A DNA stretch of 64,000 nucleotides from the human T2T-CHM13v2.0 reference genome, Homo sapiens: contig CP068257.2 in assembly GCA_009914755.4 (NCBI GenBank), forward strand, positions 40,864,001-40,928,000, in the 5' to 3' direction. A program made the translations under genes and the position numbers. The notes under the pieces were generated by a model that was given only the letters and a program-made list of their open reading frames with translations, ran no database searches and was not told the origin of the DNA. Below are positions 44,156 to 56,968 of this stretch, in pieces (position 1 is the first letter of the stretch; each line of letters begins with the position of its first letter).

Positions 44156-44211
44156 ATGGCTCGACTCCCCGCTGGCATTCGCTTCATCATCTCATTCTCC
44201 AGGGATCAGTG
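44156..44211 (+). CDS. SLC37A1: SLC37A1 coding exon 1: MARLPAGIRFIISFSRDQ(W). The exon starts upstream at ~44090 or ~44138 and its acceptor is uncertain.
   Basis: ATGGCTCGACTCCCCGCTGGCATTCGCTTCATCATCTCATTCTCCAGGGATCAGTG|gtgagt. The upstream in-frame ATG at 44096 hits TGA after 4 codons. Confidence 0.85.
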
Positions 44212-45658
44212 GTGAGTCCTGGTGGGGCAGGCCCTTGGCATGGAGCTGTGTATAGGTGAGGGCTACTGTGCAGGTAGTTGTGTTGCCCCAGTTTCATTAT
44301 AAAACACATAAAACTTGAATCACTGACCTCACCCATAACCGTTGAATTGCTTTTTGGTGGTGGAAGCCGTGACCCAGAACAGTGCTGAGGTGTCCTTTGT
44401 CCTTGGTACTGGCATTGTCAGATAGTGTTTGGGCTCCCGCGTGGTCTCCAGTGGTTTCTCTAAGAACCATGGTCCCTACAGAAAAATGACCACTGACTAC
44501 CAGCAGGGTTAGCAAATGGCTGTGGTGAAATAAGCACATAACTTATATATAAGTTACACAACTCTGAGATCAGATGAGTGGCCTTGCCGGGGCAGAACTT
44601 TCAGAGAGAAAATGAAATGTTCTGGTGCAGCCCAGAATGCTGCTTTCCGTTCAGAGAGTGCCTCGCCTTGCATATTCTGAGAATCCTTCTCTTAGGTGGC
44701 CTCATTAATTCCATTCTCCTTGAAGGAAACAGTTGACAAGCCCAGAGTCTGAAGCTGGGCTCCCTGGCCTCTAACTTGTCCTGCTGACCTCTTCTGGGAG
44801 AGGAAAAACTTTGCTTCTACCCTCGTAGGTTCTGTTTTGGGGGACCTGGGAATTAAACTGACAAAAGACAGACTAGCAAGAGAAAAGACAGATTTCACCA
44901 CTTATGTACGAGAGGTCATAGAAAAGTGTCCCTCAAAGGGGCATTTAGAATTCTGGGCTTATGCACCGTCCGTCCTTCACAGGGGAAGGGGAGTGAGAGA
45001 AAGGTACCTGTGGGCAAACGAATGGCTTTTTGGAAAGACAAGTGGGCCCTCAAGAGAACAGAGAACAGATGGGCGATGTGGTAGTTTTGTGATCATTCCT
45101 GTTTCAGTGCAGTGTGGAGGCTTCTCATCTCCAGTGGTAAGAGTCCTGTTTCCCTGGCCCCTCCTAAGGGACAGGATTTATAGCAGATGGATTCTTTTGA
45201 CTTCTTTTGGGGAACTCTGCTTTTCAGTAGCTAAGAGAATTCAGGAACGCAAATGCCTTCTGCTCAAAATGATTTTGATGCCACAGCGGCAGATTCTGGG
45301 CCCATTCATCTCCTCCACGCCAACCCCCTGGCAGCCCCCAGCCCTGTGCAGCTTCTCAGCCCTGCTGGTTGGTGGAGCATCCACAGGGTGTCTCAGGTTT
45401 GATTTGAGGGCATCTGTGTTCTTCAACCAGATTGCTTCTCTTCTTGACTTATTTCATGTCTGCTGTGAGTCTAGCCACAAGTGCCTGAACACTTAGGTTT
45501 TATTTAGTGAATGTCTAGCTTCTTCATTTTGTAAGTTTATTTTGATATAATTTCAAACTCACGTAACTTACTAACATCTGTAAGAATGTTCCTGTAGAAC
45601 CGCTGTATGTCAAAGATTAACATTTAGCCTCATCTGCTTCTCTCCCTGCCCCTCCACA

Positions 45659-45715
45659 GTGTGTGTGTGTGTGTGTGTGTGTGCATGTGTGTAGATGTAT
45701 GTTTGTACACACACA
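45659..45715. repeat. Imperfect (GT)n ... (AC)n microsatellite
   Basis: gtgtgtgtgtgtgtgtgtgtgtgtgcatgtgtgtagatgtatgtttgtacacacacac. Confidence 0.9.
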
Positions 45716-46332
45716 CTTTTCTGAACCACTTGAGAGTAAGTTGCAGACATCATACCCTCTTATTTGTAAATACTTCCGTGTGTATTTCCTATGAATAAGA
45801 CATTCTCTTATAAAACCACAGCAAAAAGATCAAAATCAGGAAATTTAACACCGATAAGATACTGTTATCTAACCCACAGTCCATGTTAAAAACGATATCA
45901 AATGTCAAATATCTGTGATAGCATTTCTTCTTCTGTTCAGGATCTAGTTCGGGTTCATACATTGCGTTTAATTATCCTATGGGTCTCGTCTCTTCATCTA
46001 GCACTGTTCCTCGGCCTTTTTTCATCTTTTCTGACCTTGGCTTTTTTTCCTTCTTCTTCTGAGACAATGGCCTTGTTGTGTTTGAAGAGTTCAAGCCACT
46101 TATTTTATAGAATGTGCCACATTTTAACTTTGTTATTTCCTCATCCTCATGATTAGATTCAGATTATGCATTTTTGACAGAAATCCCATAGAAATGAGGC
46201 AGCTTTCTCTTTAATGGAGAAGGAGCTATAGGCATGGGAAGAGGGAGGGGAACTGGAAGGAACTGAGTGAGGTTGGATTGGAATGAAAGTTCTCGGGATA
46301 AACTGGTGATGGTCGATATAGAAATAGAGAAG

Positions 46333-46368
46333 GGTGTGTGTGTGCGTGTGTGTGGGTGTGTGTGTGTA
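46333..46368. repeat. Imperfect (GT)n microsatellite
   Basis: gggtgtgtgtgtgcgtgtgtgtgggtgtgtgtgtgt. Confidence 0.9.
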
Positions 46369-47539
46369 AAATGCACCCCGCTAGGAGGTCCTGGGAACAG
46401 TAAGAGCACTAAAGTGAGCACACTTTGGTCCGGGATCTTGGTTTCTGCATGGCATCTCCCACTAAAAGGAGCCAGGAGTCCTTGGAGACCTGGCCAATGC
46501 CAGGACTGGGGCAGGGCAAGGAATAGATGAGCCCAGAACATCTTGTGCCAGAAAATAAGGAAGTACTTACAAACAAAGGGACTCTGACTTGTCAAATCTA
46601 GGACAATCTGAGATTTACAATAAATGAGACTCATGAATGATAGCCCATTGAATAGCGTAAGATTCGGCGAGTCCTACTGATATAACTAAAGAAGTAGGAG
46701 AAATGCACGCTCGCCGTACAGTGGAAGCTGGCCGCTAGGTGGAGCGGGGATGTGGAGCCGCTGCAGGGTACCCAGCGCAGGCACAGAACGCCATGGATGC
46801 ACCCCGTGGGGCGGCAGCTTGAGGAACAGGATATCTACATTATCTCAAAGCAGGTTCCCAGAAATTCCATATTCATTACTTAGAGGGAAACGTAGTGGTT
46901 TCACTGAGGAACTATGAGGCAGACAGCACTTTAACCAATGACCAACGTCAGTGTCACTGCCCTCCTGCACCTTCTGACGGGATACTCTGAACAGGACATG
47001 GCATCGCTTCTCTGTCTCAGAAAACATAGACAGAATTACAAAATAAAAAAGGATTTTGGGAGGGCTGTTTGGCTTCTGGGGGTTTGAGCCCATCCATGCT
47101 GCAGAGTGAAGCAGAGGATGTCTTTGGACTAATTTCTGCACCAAATCATATCACTCAGTAATTCTCAAAAGTGTTTCTTTATTCCTTATTTGCATGTGAT
47201 TGAGGTAATAACAGTCAAACAAGGAGACAGATATTTTGCATGGAGCCTCTCACCCTAAGCAGGCTGCCATTCACCTGAGAACACGTGGTCTTCCAGAACA
47301 TCTCTGAGGAGGCCCAGAGGGGCACCCCCATCTGGTGCTGTCATTGCTGAGACCTGCTTTTTTGCTAGAAATGTGGGATTTTTCATATTGGTGGAAGCCA
47401 AGCATGCTATAAGTAGTCATAACTGCAAAAAGTAAGCAGAACACTGAGGAGCAGATAGATTAGATCATTTATTTTTTTATTGTATTTGTTTTATATTCAT
47501 AAGTCTAAACATAACACAAAACAAAAATGAAAGGATTAT

Positions 47540-47985
47540 ATTAGCCTCCTGGGGCTGCTGTAACATGGTACCACAAGCTGGGTGTCTTGAAACAACAGGA
47601 ATTTACCCTCTCACATCCCTGGAGGTCAGAAGTCCAAAGTCAAAGTGTCAGCAGGGCCACACTTCCTCTGCAGGCTCCGGGGACAGACCCTTCCTTGCCT
47701 CTTCCAGCTCCTGCTGCTGCCGCCGTTCTTGGCTGGTGGCTGCATCACACCAGTCTCTGCCTGTGTGGCCACGTGGCCTCCCTTCCTGTCTCTGAGTCTT
47801 TGCGTGGCCTTCTGGTGAGGACGCCAGTCATTGGAATGAGGGCTCACTCTATCTAATATGACCTCACCTGAGCTAATCATGTCTACATGACCCTATTTCC
47901 AAATAAGGTCACGTTCTGAGGTTTTGGGTGGACATGAAATTATGGGGGATGATATTCAACCCAGTACAAAATGAACAAAAGGAAA
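47540..47985 (+). mobile_element. MLT1-family MaLR LTR
   Basis: ttagcctcctggggctgctgtaacatggtaccacaagctgggtgtcttgaaacaacaggaatttaccctctcacatccctggaggtcagaagtccaaagtcaaagtgtcagcagggcc...ccaaataaggtcacgttctgaggttttgggtggacatgaaat. Confidence 0.8.
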
Positions 47986-50900
47986 CATATCATCCAAAAC
48001 ATCTGCTTTATAAATGATAAAGAAAACGTAGATAGAATTACGAAATAAGAAAGGACTTCGGGAGGGCTGTTTGGCTTCTGGGGGTTTGAGCCCATCCATG
48101 CTGCAGAGTGAAGCGTCTGCCTACCCAGAGGCCAGGCGTATCGGGGTGACAACCAGCAAGGCAGCGGCCCGAGTGTGGCTGCCGCGGTTTAGCAATAGTC
48201 ACGGGAGCTGAAGTCAGACCTTTCAAAGAGGAAAGTCTAGCCTCCAGCCACTGCGTCCCCCATCCCCAAGCCCCAAGTCCTAAGTACAGAAGATGAAGAA
48301 ATGAGAGAGGAAAGACGAATTTGGAAATAGAAGTAGAGTTGGCCTGACACCAGCTAAATAAATACAGCGTTTTCCTCTTCAGTCTTTAGGGACATTCCAG
48401 TTTGCTGTGTAAATGGACCCTTCACCCAATTCTACAGGATGGCTTCTGTCAGCCTGGCTACACCGTGGCAGTGACTCTTCCCAAAGGGTCTCATTCATTA
48501 AGGTGTCTCCCTCCACACAAGGCTGAACTAAAGGTTCCAGAGGCATGTGCTGCCCCTTGTGTGCTCCTCAGTGTTCTCAGGGCATCTCTAGGCGTGTGCT
48601 GTGAGCACCAGCCGGGAGTCACCCCGCAGAGGAAGGCAGGAGCCCAGAACGCATCACCAGGGCCTGATCACCCAAGCAGCCCTGACCATTGGGAACGCGG
48701 TGTGTGTCGGGGCCTCAGCACTCTTCAGACCTCAGCCCGACAAAGGGAGACAGCCTTCCTTCTGGGCTGTCTGGGTGGAGAGTGGAGATGTGAACCCACA
48801 GCCCATAGGACAGAGCTGCTCTTCTCAAAATCCTTCCTAGCTGGGTGATAACACCTGTAGAACTGGCACTGTGGATGGAGAATCCTCCTGCATGGAGCAG
48901 GAGAGATGGTCCATGGACTTGTCTGAGACTGGGGAGGTGCTGGAGGCAACTTGGCCTGAGAACTTTGTTCACCTGTTTTGAGGAGATTGGAGAAGGAAAC
49001 CCTGTACTCCAGTGAGGGCCGATCAGGGTCACCCATCAGCCTTACTTGCCCTAGTCAGCTCCAGCAGGTGGGGTGGAAGTGACCAGTTTGTCAAGCTGTG
49101 GGCTGGACAAGTGAGCATTGAGGGCCGGTGAAGCCCAGTGGCCTGGAATCTTCCTGCACCAGCAGTCGAAGGCGTGAGAAGCAGTGGTGGCCTAACAGAG
49201 AGCTTCATCCAAAGCGCTGAGACTTTCTTTCCTTGCCAGAAAGGATGGTTTTCAGAAACACGAGGACAGAGGCCGGGGCTTCTGGAGCAAATCCACTGTA
49301 CCCACATAGCCTTTGTTCTTTGGGCTTTGGGATAAATGATAGGCTCGCCTTTTAGGGTTTCGCTTTTTTCCCATTTGGCCCTTGCCATGGGCTTGGAGAG
49401 GAAGAATTGGAGAAAGGCCATTGGAAGATAGTTCCCTGATGAAGAAGAGAGCACTGGGGAATTTCTGTCTTCAGTCAGCAGGTATTCTGCGAGTTGGTTT
49501 GGTTTGGTTCCTTCCCCAAAGGCACAGGCATTCCAAAGGTTGTAGTTTTGTGTCACACGGAGCCACCAACCTTTCTTTCCCACCTGAAATATGGCCTTTT
49601 TTTTTTTTAAGAAAAATCTGGAAATATTTATTTGACCCCTACTTTAGCTGGTGACCAGAGAAGAAGGCAGCTCTGGGATCCTAGGATTTTAGTTACTTGT
49701 GGAAAGCTTCCCTCGGAGTAAATCACAACATTAAAAATGTAGATGCGCAGCTGGGAGAAGCAACCCCTTATCCCAGGGACTCTCGGAAACGCTGCCTTTC
49801 TTTGTCCTGTGTAGGACGCCACCTTAGGTAATTATTGATTCAGGTTGTTGGTGGCGCCATTTGAAGTCTCTTCCCAGGCCACAAGCAGGACAGGTTCTCC
49901 AGGGTAGGGAGATGTGCCTAGGACACAGAAGAGCTGCCCCTCGCCTTCCACTCCTGTCAAATACTTCTTTCTCCCAACCCATTTTGTTGCCCCAAAAAGT
50001 ATTTTTCTATGCGGTGGTTGAGACTCTTAGACTGGAGTTGCCCTTTGTCTTCTTTCTAAGGCACCTTCTTTTCTTCTTTCTTCCTCACACTCATGCTGAC
50101 TCTTTCGGCTGCTTTTCTCCCAGCCAAACTGAGCGAGGGGCTTTGTACCAGTGTTTCTGTCACTGGCCTATTGAGAGCCTGCCAGCGTCACTGCCTTTTT
50201 CTCTTTGAGGGCCGTGAAATATTTATATGTCTGCCTTGCTTGTGTGCTTCTGAAAAGTTGCATAGAAACCAAAGAGCCAAAAATAAATATGATCTTAATT
50301 GCCCAGGATAGCAGGCTACGCCAGAAACTTGTGGTTAGTTTTGTTGTAAACTAAACATTTCATCGTGCTTGTTCTGCTTTGTAAACTCAAGTGTGCATCT
50401 CGAGTCCCAGGTTTCCCTTTGGTTACGGTTTCTTTAAATAGATGAATGCTTTTGATATTGTGACGTAATAATAAGAAACATGCTTTTGGTCTCTGGCCCT
50501 GGTTCTGGGCACACAGCTCCTACAACCTTTAGTGCTGAGTGTCTTTTTGTTTGCTAATGAGGTGACTGTGGCGGGCCCCAGGACAACCTCCTGGGGGACT
50601 GGTTGCCAGGGCAACCGACCACGTGATTAGAGGTTGGGACTCCACCCGTGGACCTCTGGGGAGGGGAGGGAGCCCGCAGAGGTGGAGTGGATCACCAGTG
50701 GCCGGTGTTCTGCTCGATCGTGCCTGTGTAATGAGGCCTCCACAGACTCCCTCAACGACAGCGTTTGGGGGCTTGCAGGCTGCTGAGCACGGGGAGGTTC
50801 CCGGAGGGTGGAGCCCTGGCGAGGGCACAGCAGCTCCGAGCTCCCTGCCCCATACCTCGCCCTGTGCATCTCTTCATCTGTATGTATTCTTTGTAACATC

Positions 50901-51475
50901 GTTTATAATAAAGCAGTAAATGTGTTTCCCTGAGTTCTACGAGCTGCTCTGGCAAATTAATCGAACCTGAGAAGGGGTTCTTGGGAACCACCCTGAGAGC
51001 CAGTTGGTCAGAGGAGCAGGTCACAACCTGGGGCTTGTTGCCATTGGCATGTGAAGCGGGGCAGCCTCGGCCGGAGCCCCGCCCTGTGGGGGCTGATGCT
51101 GACTCCTGGAAGACAGTGTGAGAATTGAATTCACTTAGAGGACATCCAGTGTCAGCTGGAGAATTGCTTGGTATATGGGGAAAACCCCTACACACGTAGT
51201 GTTAGAAGTATGGTATGTTGTGTGTTGTGCATGAGGGTAGGAAAAGCAGTCTGGTTTTTCCTGTCTCTTACAGTGTTCAGTTTCCATTTGGATAAAGCAA
51301 ACGTGGCAATATTTTTTAATGTTCCAATATTATAGTGACATAAGTAATATTGATAATGGCTGTAGAACTGAATGAATAATACACAGCATAAGAACGTTTC
51401 AGAACACAGTGATATGTATTCCTAACATAACTTCTGTTATTTCATATCATCCTCTCCCACTGTTTTGTGTTTCAG

Positions 51476-51557
51476 GTACAGAGCCTTCATTTTTATTTTG
51501 ACATTTCTGCTGTATGCAAGTTTTCACTTATCTCGAAAGCCTATCAGCATAGTTAAG
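51476..51557 (+). CDS. SLC37A1: SLC37A1 coding exon 2: (W)YRAFIFILTFLLYASFHLSRKPISIVK (first TM helix of the MFS sugar-phosphate exchanger)
   Basis: Acceptor ttttgtgtttcag|GTACAG and donor GTTAAG|gtaaga. The phase joins TG|G = Trp from exon 1. Confidence 0.88.
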
Positions 51558-54244
51558 GTAAGAATCATGGAAAGCACTGCCTGTCGTCTCTGTGAGGAGT
51601 TCGTCACTTGAAAAGCTTGTGGGGCAGAGGATGGGGATGGTAGCAGGTACATGGGGAAACAGATTATGTAGAAACAAGTTATTCTGCTGCTTTGGCTTTT
51701 CGGTTTCCCTTTGCTAAAATTAAAGTCTTTTAAATGTTTTTTGGATTTATACTTTCAGAGGTAGTAGACTTTTAGTTTTATTAGTTGACATTTCCAGAAT
51801 TTGAAAGCTTAGCTAAATATTTATTTTATCTTGTGTGACTGTTCCTTCCAAATGTATCCAGTCTTAAGTGGTTCCCCAAATTCCAGCTCTTCGTGCGATC
51901 CAACCCTAGGTCTGGCTGCGGAGGTGGCTCTCCATTGTTCTTGGAACGCTGCATTTTTGTCTGAGTGATGGGTGGGCAGGAAGTTGTTAAGCAGGTGTTC
52001 TACTAGACTTTGAGAAAAGAAGATTAAAGCAGACAAGCCTACATAATCACCAGTTATAACCTGGAGAAAAGCAGGAATAATTTTCTTACCCTCATTGGGA
52101 TTACGTCACCCGGCCTGTAGACCATCAGGGGCCTGAGAGGCATTAGAGTCTCTATCGTAGAAGAACGAGGAAATCATCCACTGCCAGAGACAGTGCATTC
52201 ACAGCCCAGTGGCCCCTCGCTCACTCTCCGGGAGTTGGCAGGGACCCAGCTCCAGGACTGCAATTCTGTGACCTTTGGAGCTGTGCTTCCTCCACTCCTG
52301 CCAGTGGCTGAGCCCTGGGTGGCTGCCCTCTGCAGCCCTGGTCGGCAGAGGCAATGCAGAGGCTGGCTGTTTTGTGACGGTCCTAGGTTCCCCACTCTCC
52401 AGCAGCTTTCAGGGGATGTTAAACATTCATTTACCCAAAAGATTCTAAAATTCCCCCTTGGCCCCTGATAAGCAAGAAACTTCCATGCCTCTCAAGTTGT
52501 TGACTGTGGAAAACGTTTGCAGACCTTTGAAAATGTGGTTTTTAAGAGAGAAGAATATGAAAAGAGGTGGTGGGCCTTAAACACTCATCCGCTTGACAAG
52601 AAACTCTCAAATCAGTACCAGTAACCAGTCATTATAAATCTGAATACTACTACTTCTTGTCTTTCTGGTTAGAGAAATATACAAACAGCTCAAGAAAATG
52701 GTAAATTATAAAGATGGAAGTGACTATTGAAGAGACTTGGTGAGCGTGTTGGAGTTGAAGGATCTGGTGTAGTTGGGGAGCTTGTGTGGGGTTTCAGGAT
52801 TGACCTAGAAAGGTTGGGTGTGGATTGTAGGGGAAGAAAAACAGCTTTACAGGTGGGAGAACTGCCTTGAGTGCTACGTGCAGGGATGGGCATCTCCATG
52901 AAGGCACCACCTGTTGGGCTGGGGGGCTGTTGGGGCAGATGTAGCGTGTAAGGTGGGCTGGCCTTTGGGGGAATCTTTGTCAGGCCACAGCTGTTGGGGT
53001 CCACCTGATGACTATGAGGGCCCCTGTGAGCCAGGAGCAAGTGGGAGCCCTGTCCCGGTCCCTCTCCCGGCTTTCCTGGTGGTCCATCTCAAAGCCCCCG
53101 CCCCTGACTCTCGTGTGTAGTGGTGTCCAGGCCACTCAAGACTTAGGGCTTCTGAGGAGGCGGCGTCAGGGTCAGCTCTTAGTTCAGTGTCATAAGTAAC
53201 AATATAAATAACTGCCGCTTACAGAGCCCTGGGGTATGACAAACTGCCACATACATTACCCCTGTGATCCTCACAGCAACCCTGCGAGTGCCCCTGTGAG
53301 GAAATTGAGGCTCGGGTCTTCGTTCCCCAGGCAGGGCTGCCACACACTCGAGAATTCCCTGTGGGTCAGGCTGCCTCCAGGGCCCCTACTCATCCTCTCT
53401 GTGCCTCAGGGTTTGTCCGGGTTTAATTACCTGAGTACAGTCCCAGCATCACCCTCAGAGCCTCCTAAACGCACAGATTTCCTGACCTAGCAGCTGCGAT
53501 GTGCCTGGGCATGGATTGGCTTGACGCTGAATCCTGTGGGTTTCTTTACCTTTCAAGATAGATCAGAACATCACACCACATCAAAACTAAACTTTATAGT
53601 GCCTTCTGAAGCGCCCGTGTGCTTGAGCTCATGATATAAATGGCATCAACGAAACTGAAAGTAGTAGTGATTCTGTTGACCCACAAAACAGTTGAGTGAT
53701 TATTTATAGCCTGCATTTCCCAGAATATTGTAAGCAAAACCAAAGCAAAATGTATTTGCTTACTTGAAATTGAACCAGAGGCTGTGAATTAGAAAGTGAG
53801 TCTTATTCTGTTATGTCATTTATAGAATGACACGGCACACCAGGTCACATTTAAGTTAGTTAAATGGAATGTTTAGACTTACCTTTGATCACTGCTGATT
53901 AATTGTATTTTTCTCGATGATGATGATAAAACCAGGGCTGGGAGGATAGTGGTGTTATAAGTGCAACCCTGTCCCTTCTATCTGCTGCTCCAGCTGTGGC
54001 CTAGCCTCAGGACTCAAGGCAAGCGTCTGCCCAAGCTGGTAGACAGGTGAGTCTGACTCCCAGCAGAGATCTTAGTGCGAGCTCTTTTCACCTGGACTGG
54101 GCCAGAAAAGAAACCTGAAAGCAGAGGCTTCCCGGAGAAGCTTAAACTGCAGGGGTCCCTGGAGCCAGGGGGATGGCAGCATTGATTTGAATGTGAGTGT
54201 GCCCACCCCTCTCTGGACACACAGGACTTAAAAGGAGAAAACTG

Positions 54245-54536
<292 letters not shown>

Positions 54537-54997
54537 TGAAATAAAATAATCCTCAGTGGCAGACAGAAAACAAAGTCTGAAAAGCTGGAAGTATGTACTA
54601 TGGGTGGGAAACTTGTTATTTGGAAAGTTCCAATTCTCCCAGTGTTAATATTTAAATAAAATGCAACTCCAGTGAAAATCTTAGCAGGGTTTTTTTTAAT
54701 TGAATAAAATAATCTTAAAGTTTGTATGAAAGAATGTCCAGGAATTATCAAGAAAAGTGTAAAGATAACATTTTATGATATGAAAATATGCAAAAGATTA
54801 ACATATTTTAATACCATAATCAAATTATGATATTACATGAGAATAGACAAAAAAGTCAGTAGAATAGATTAGAAAATATGGAATATTTGACAGAGCTTAT
54901 TTAATAAATTTAATAAATGGTGTCGGCACAACTGGTTATTCGTCAGGAAGAAATAAATGTTGAATCCCTATTTTATAAAAACAAATGGCCCGGGCAC

Positions 54998-55262
<265 letters not shown>

Positions 55263-56293
55263 AAAATAAAATAAATGGATTAAAGACATGAATGTAAAAT
55301 ACAAAAAGTACAAATCCAAGAAGAAAATTATGTTTATCGTAGGAGTGAGTGTGAAGTTAGGAAACCCAAAGAAACAACGGGCAAGGGGGATGAACAAGCA
55401 GTTTACAGACACGGAATTCAGATCGCCAGGAAATATGTGAATGGTGTTCGAGTCTGCCGGTATTCCATATGCAAATTAAGGCAACACTGTGCTCAGTGGC
55501 TGGCACAGCATTGCCCAGGGCAGTAAGCGCTATTCACTGGTCGTGAGGGGAGAGGAGTTTTCATGCGTTCTTGATGGGATGTCAAGCGTTAGCGCCTTTT
55601 GGTGACACCCAGTGAAATAAAAAACACTACAGCCTTCAGACATACTTCTGGGAATTTCACCCTAAAAATAAAAGCACCTTACTTAGGAATATCTTCATAA
55701 GCATCTTTATGGCAGCTTTGTAGTGACCAAAAAAAGCAAAAAGGAAAAAAAAACAATGCTGGATATCAAGGGAACCTAATAAGTAGGTAAAAGTTTGAAT
55801 AAATTATCACAAGTCCGTATTATGAAATGTGCAGGTCCCTAAAAGAATTCATCACAGGCAAACCAGTTGACTCAGAAACATTTCCAGGAGGTACTTTGAG
55901 TAAGAAGTTAACATGTGCATAAGGATGTATAGAATGATTCCATTTTTGAGAAGTAAACAATGACCAAGAAGCTCCTCCATCTATTTCTGTATCCTTCATG
56001 AGTGGAGCATTTGCGTGTCTGTCCCTGAGTGTGTATAATGCATTTCACGTGGCACCTGTGACTCATCGCAGGAGGCTGGCCGTGGGCAGGTGCTGTTGTC
56101 TGTGGGGGAGAGCCTGGCTGGTCGCTCCTACTTTTGGTACCAAAACTGTAATTGCTCTTCCAGGACTTAGATAATGCTTTGGAGAATTCTTGTAGCCTTA
56201 TAAAAGGAATGTGAAGGACTGGTTAGAATCAGTGCACCCACACAGCCTAATGAGCCACGTAAAGTTGACTAGACAGATCGTCAAATGCAGATG

Positions 56294-56295
<2 letters not shown>

Positions 56296-56363
<68 letters not shown>

Positions 56364-56370
56364 CCCCCCC
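56296..56370. repeat. Compound microsatellite (AC)~32 followed by (C)10
   Basis: acacacac...acacacacac cccccccccc. It lies in SLC37A1 intron 2. Confidence 0.95.
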
Positions 56371-56867
56371 CTCTGTGTTGGCTGAAGGTGGAGTGAAACT
56401 GGCCTAACCCCACTGTCCTCCAGGGGGATTCAGTGAGGCCTGAATCCCCTGCTCCTGTCCTGTCCTCTCACTGTTGCCTTTCAGTGGCTCCTGCACCCTC
56501 CAGACTGCCTGATAATCTCCTCTATTGGAGGCCACGTACCTGCTGCAGAGAATGTGTCGCGTGGCTGTAGTCTTAGGCAACTTAGGTGGGGCTGAGAACC
56601 CAGGGCCACTTCTGTCTGCGAAGTGGCTCAAATTCAGCATGGAAAGAACGGAGCCTTCATGGAATGCAGGCGAATACAGTGAATGTTTGTGCCTAAATGA
56701 CTGCGTGGGGCTCTGCAGGTGTAGGATGAGGGAGGAGTCCAGTCTTTTCTAGTGTCATGAAATTCCCACCGCAGCTGCCTGCTGCTCCCCGGACGGGATT
56801 TCCTCTCGCTGCCAGTGGGAGGGGTGGGGAGGGCTGGATGTGGCGAGGGAGTCTGTAGACAGAAGAC

Positions 56868-56968
56868 ATTGCCAGCTCCCAGCCCCACCGCCTTCCCCGC
56901 ACACTCGTCGCGCTGTGACTCCCGGCCCCGCCGCCTTCCCCGCACACTCGTCGCGCTGTGACTCCTGG
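56868..56968. repeat. 2 x ~45-bp CpG-containing tandem repeat (ccgccttccccgcacactcgtcgcgctgtgactcc[c/t]ggc)
   Basis: Direct comparison of 56876-56920 with 56921-56965. Confidence 0.85.
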
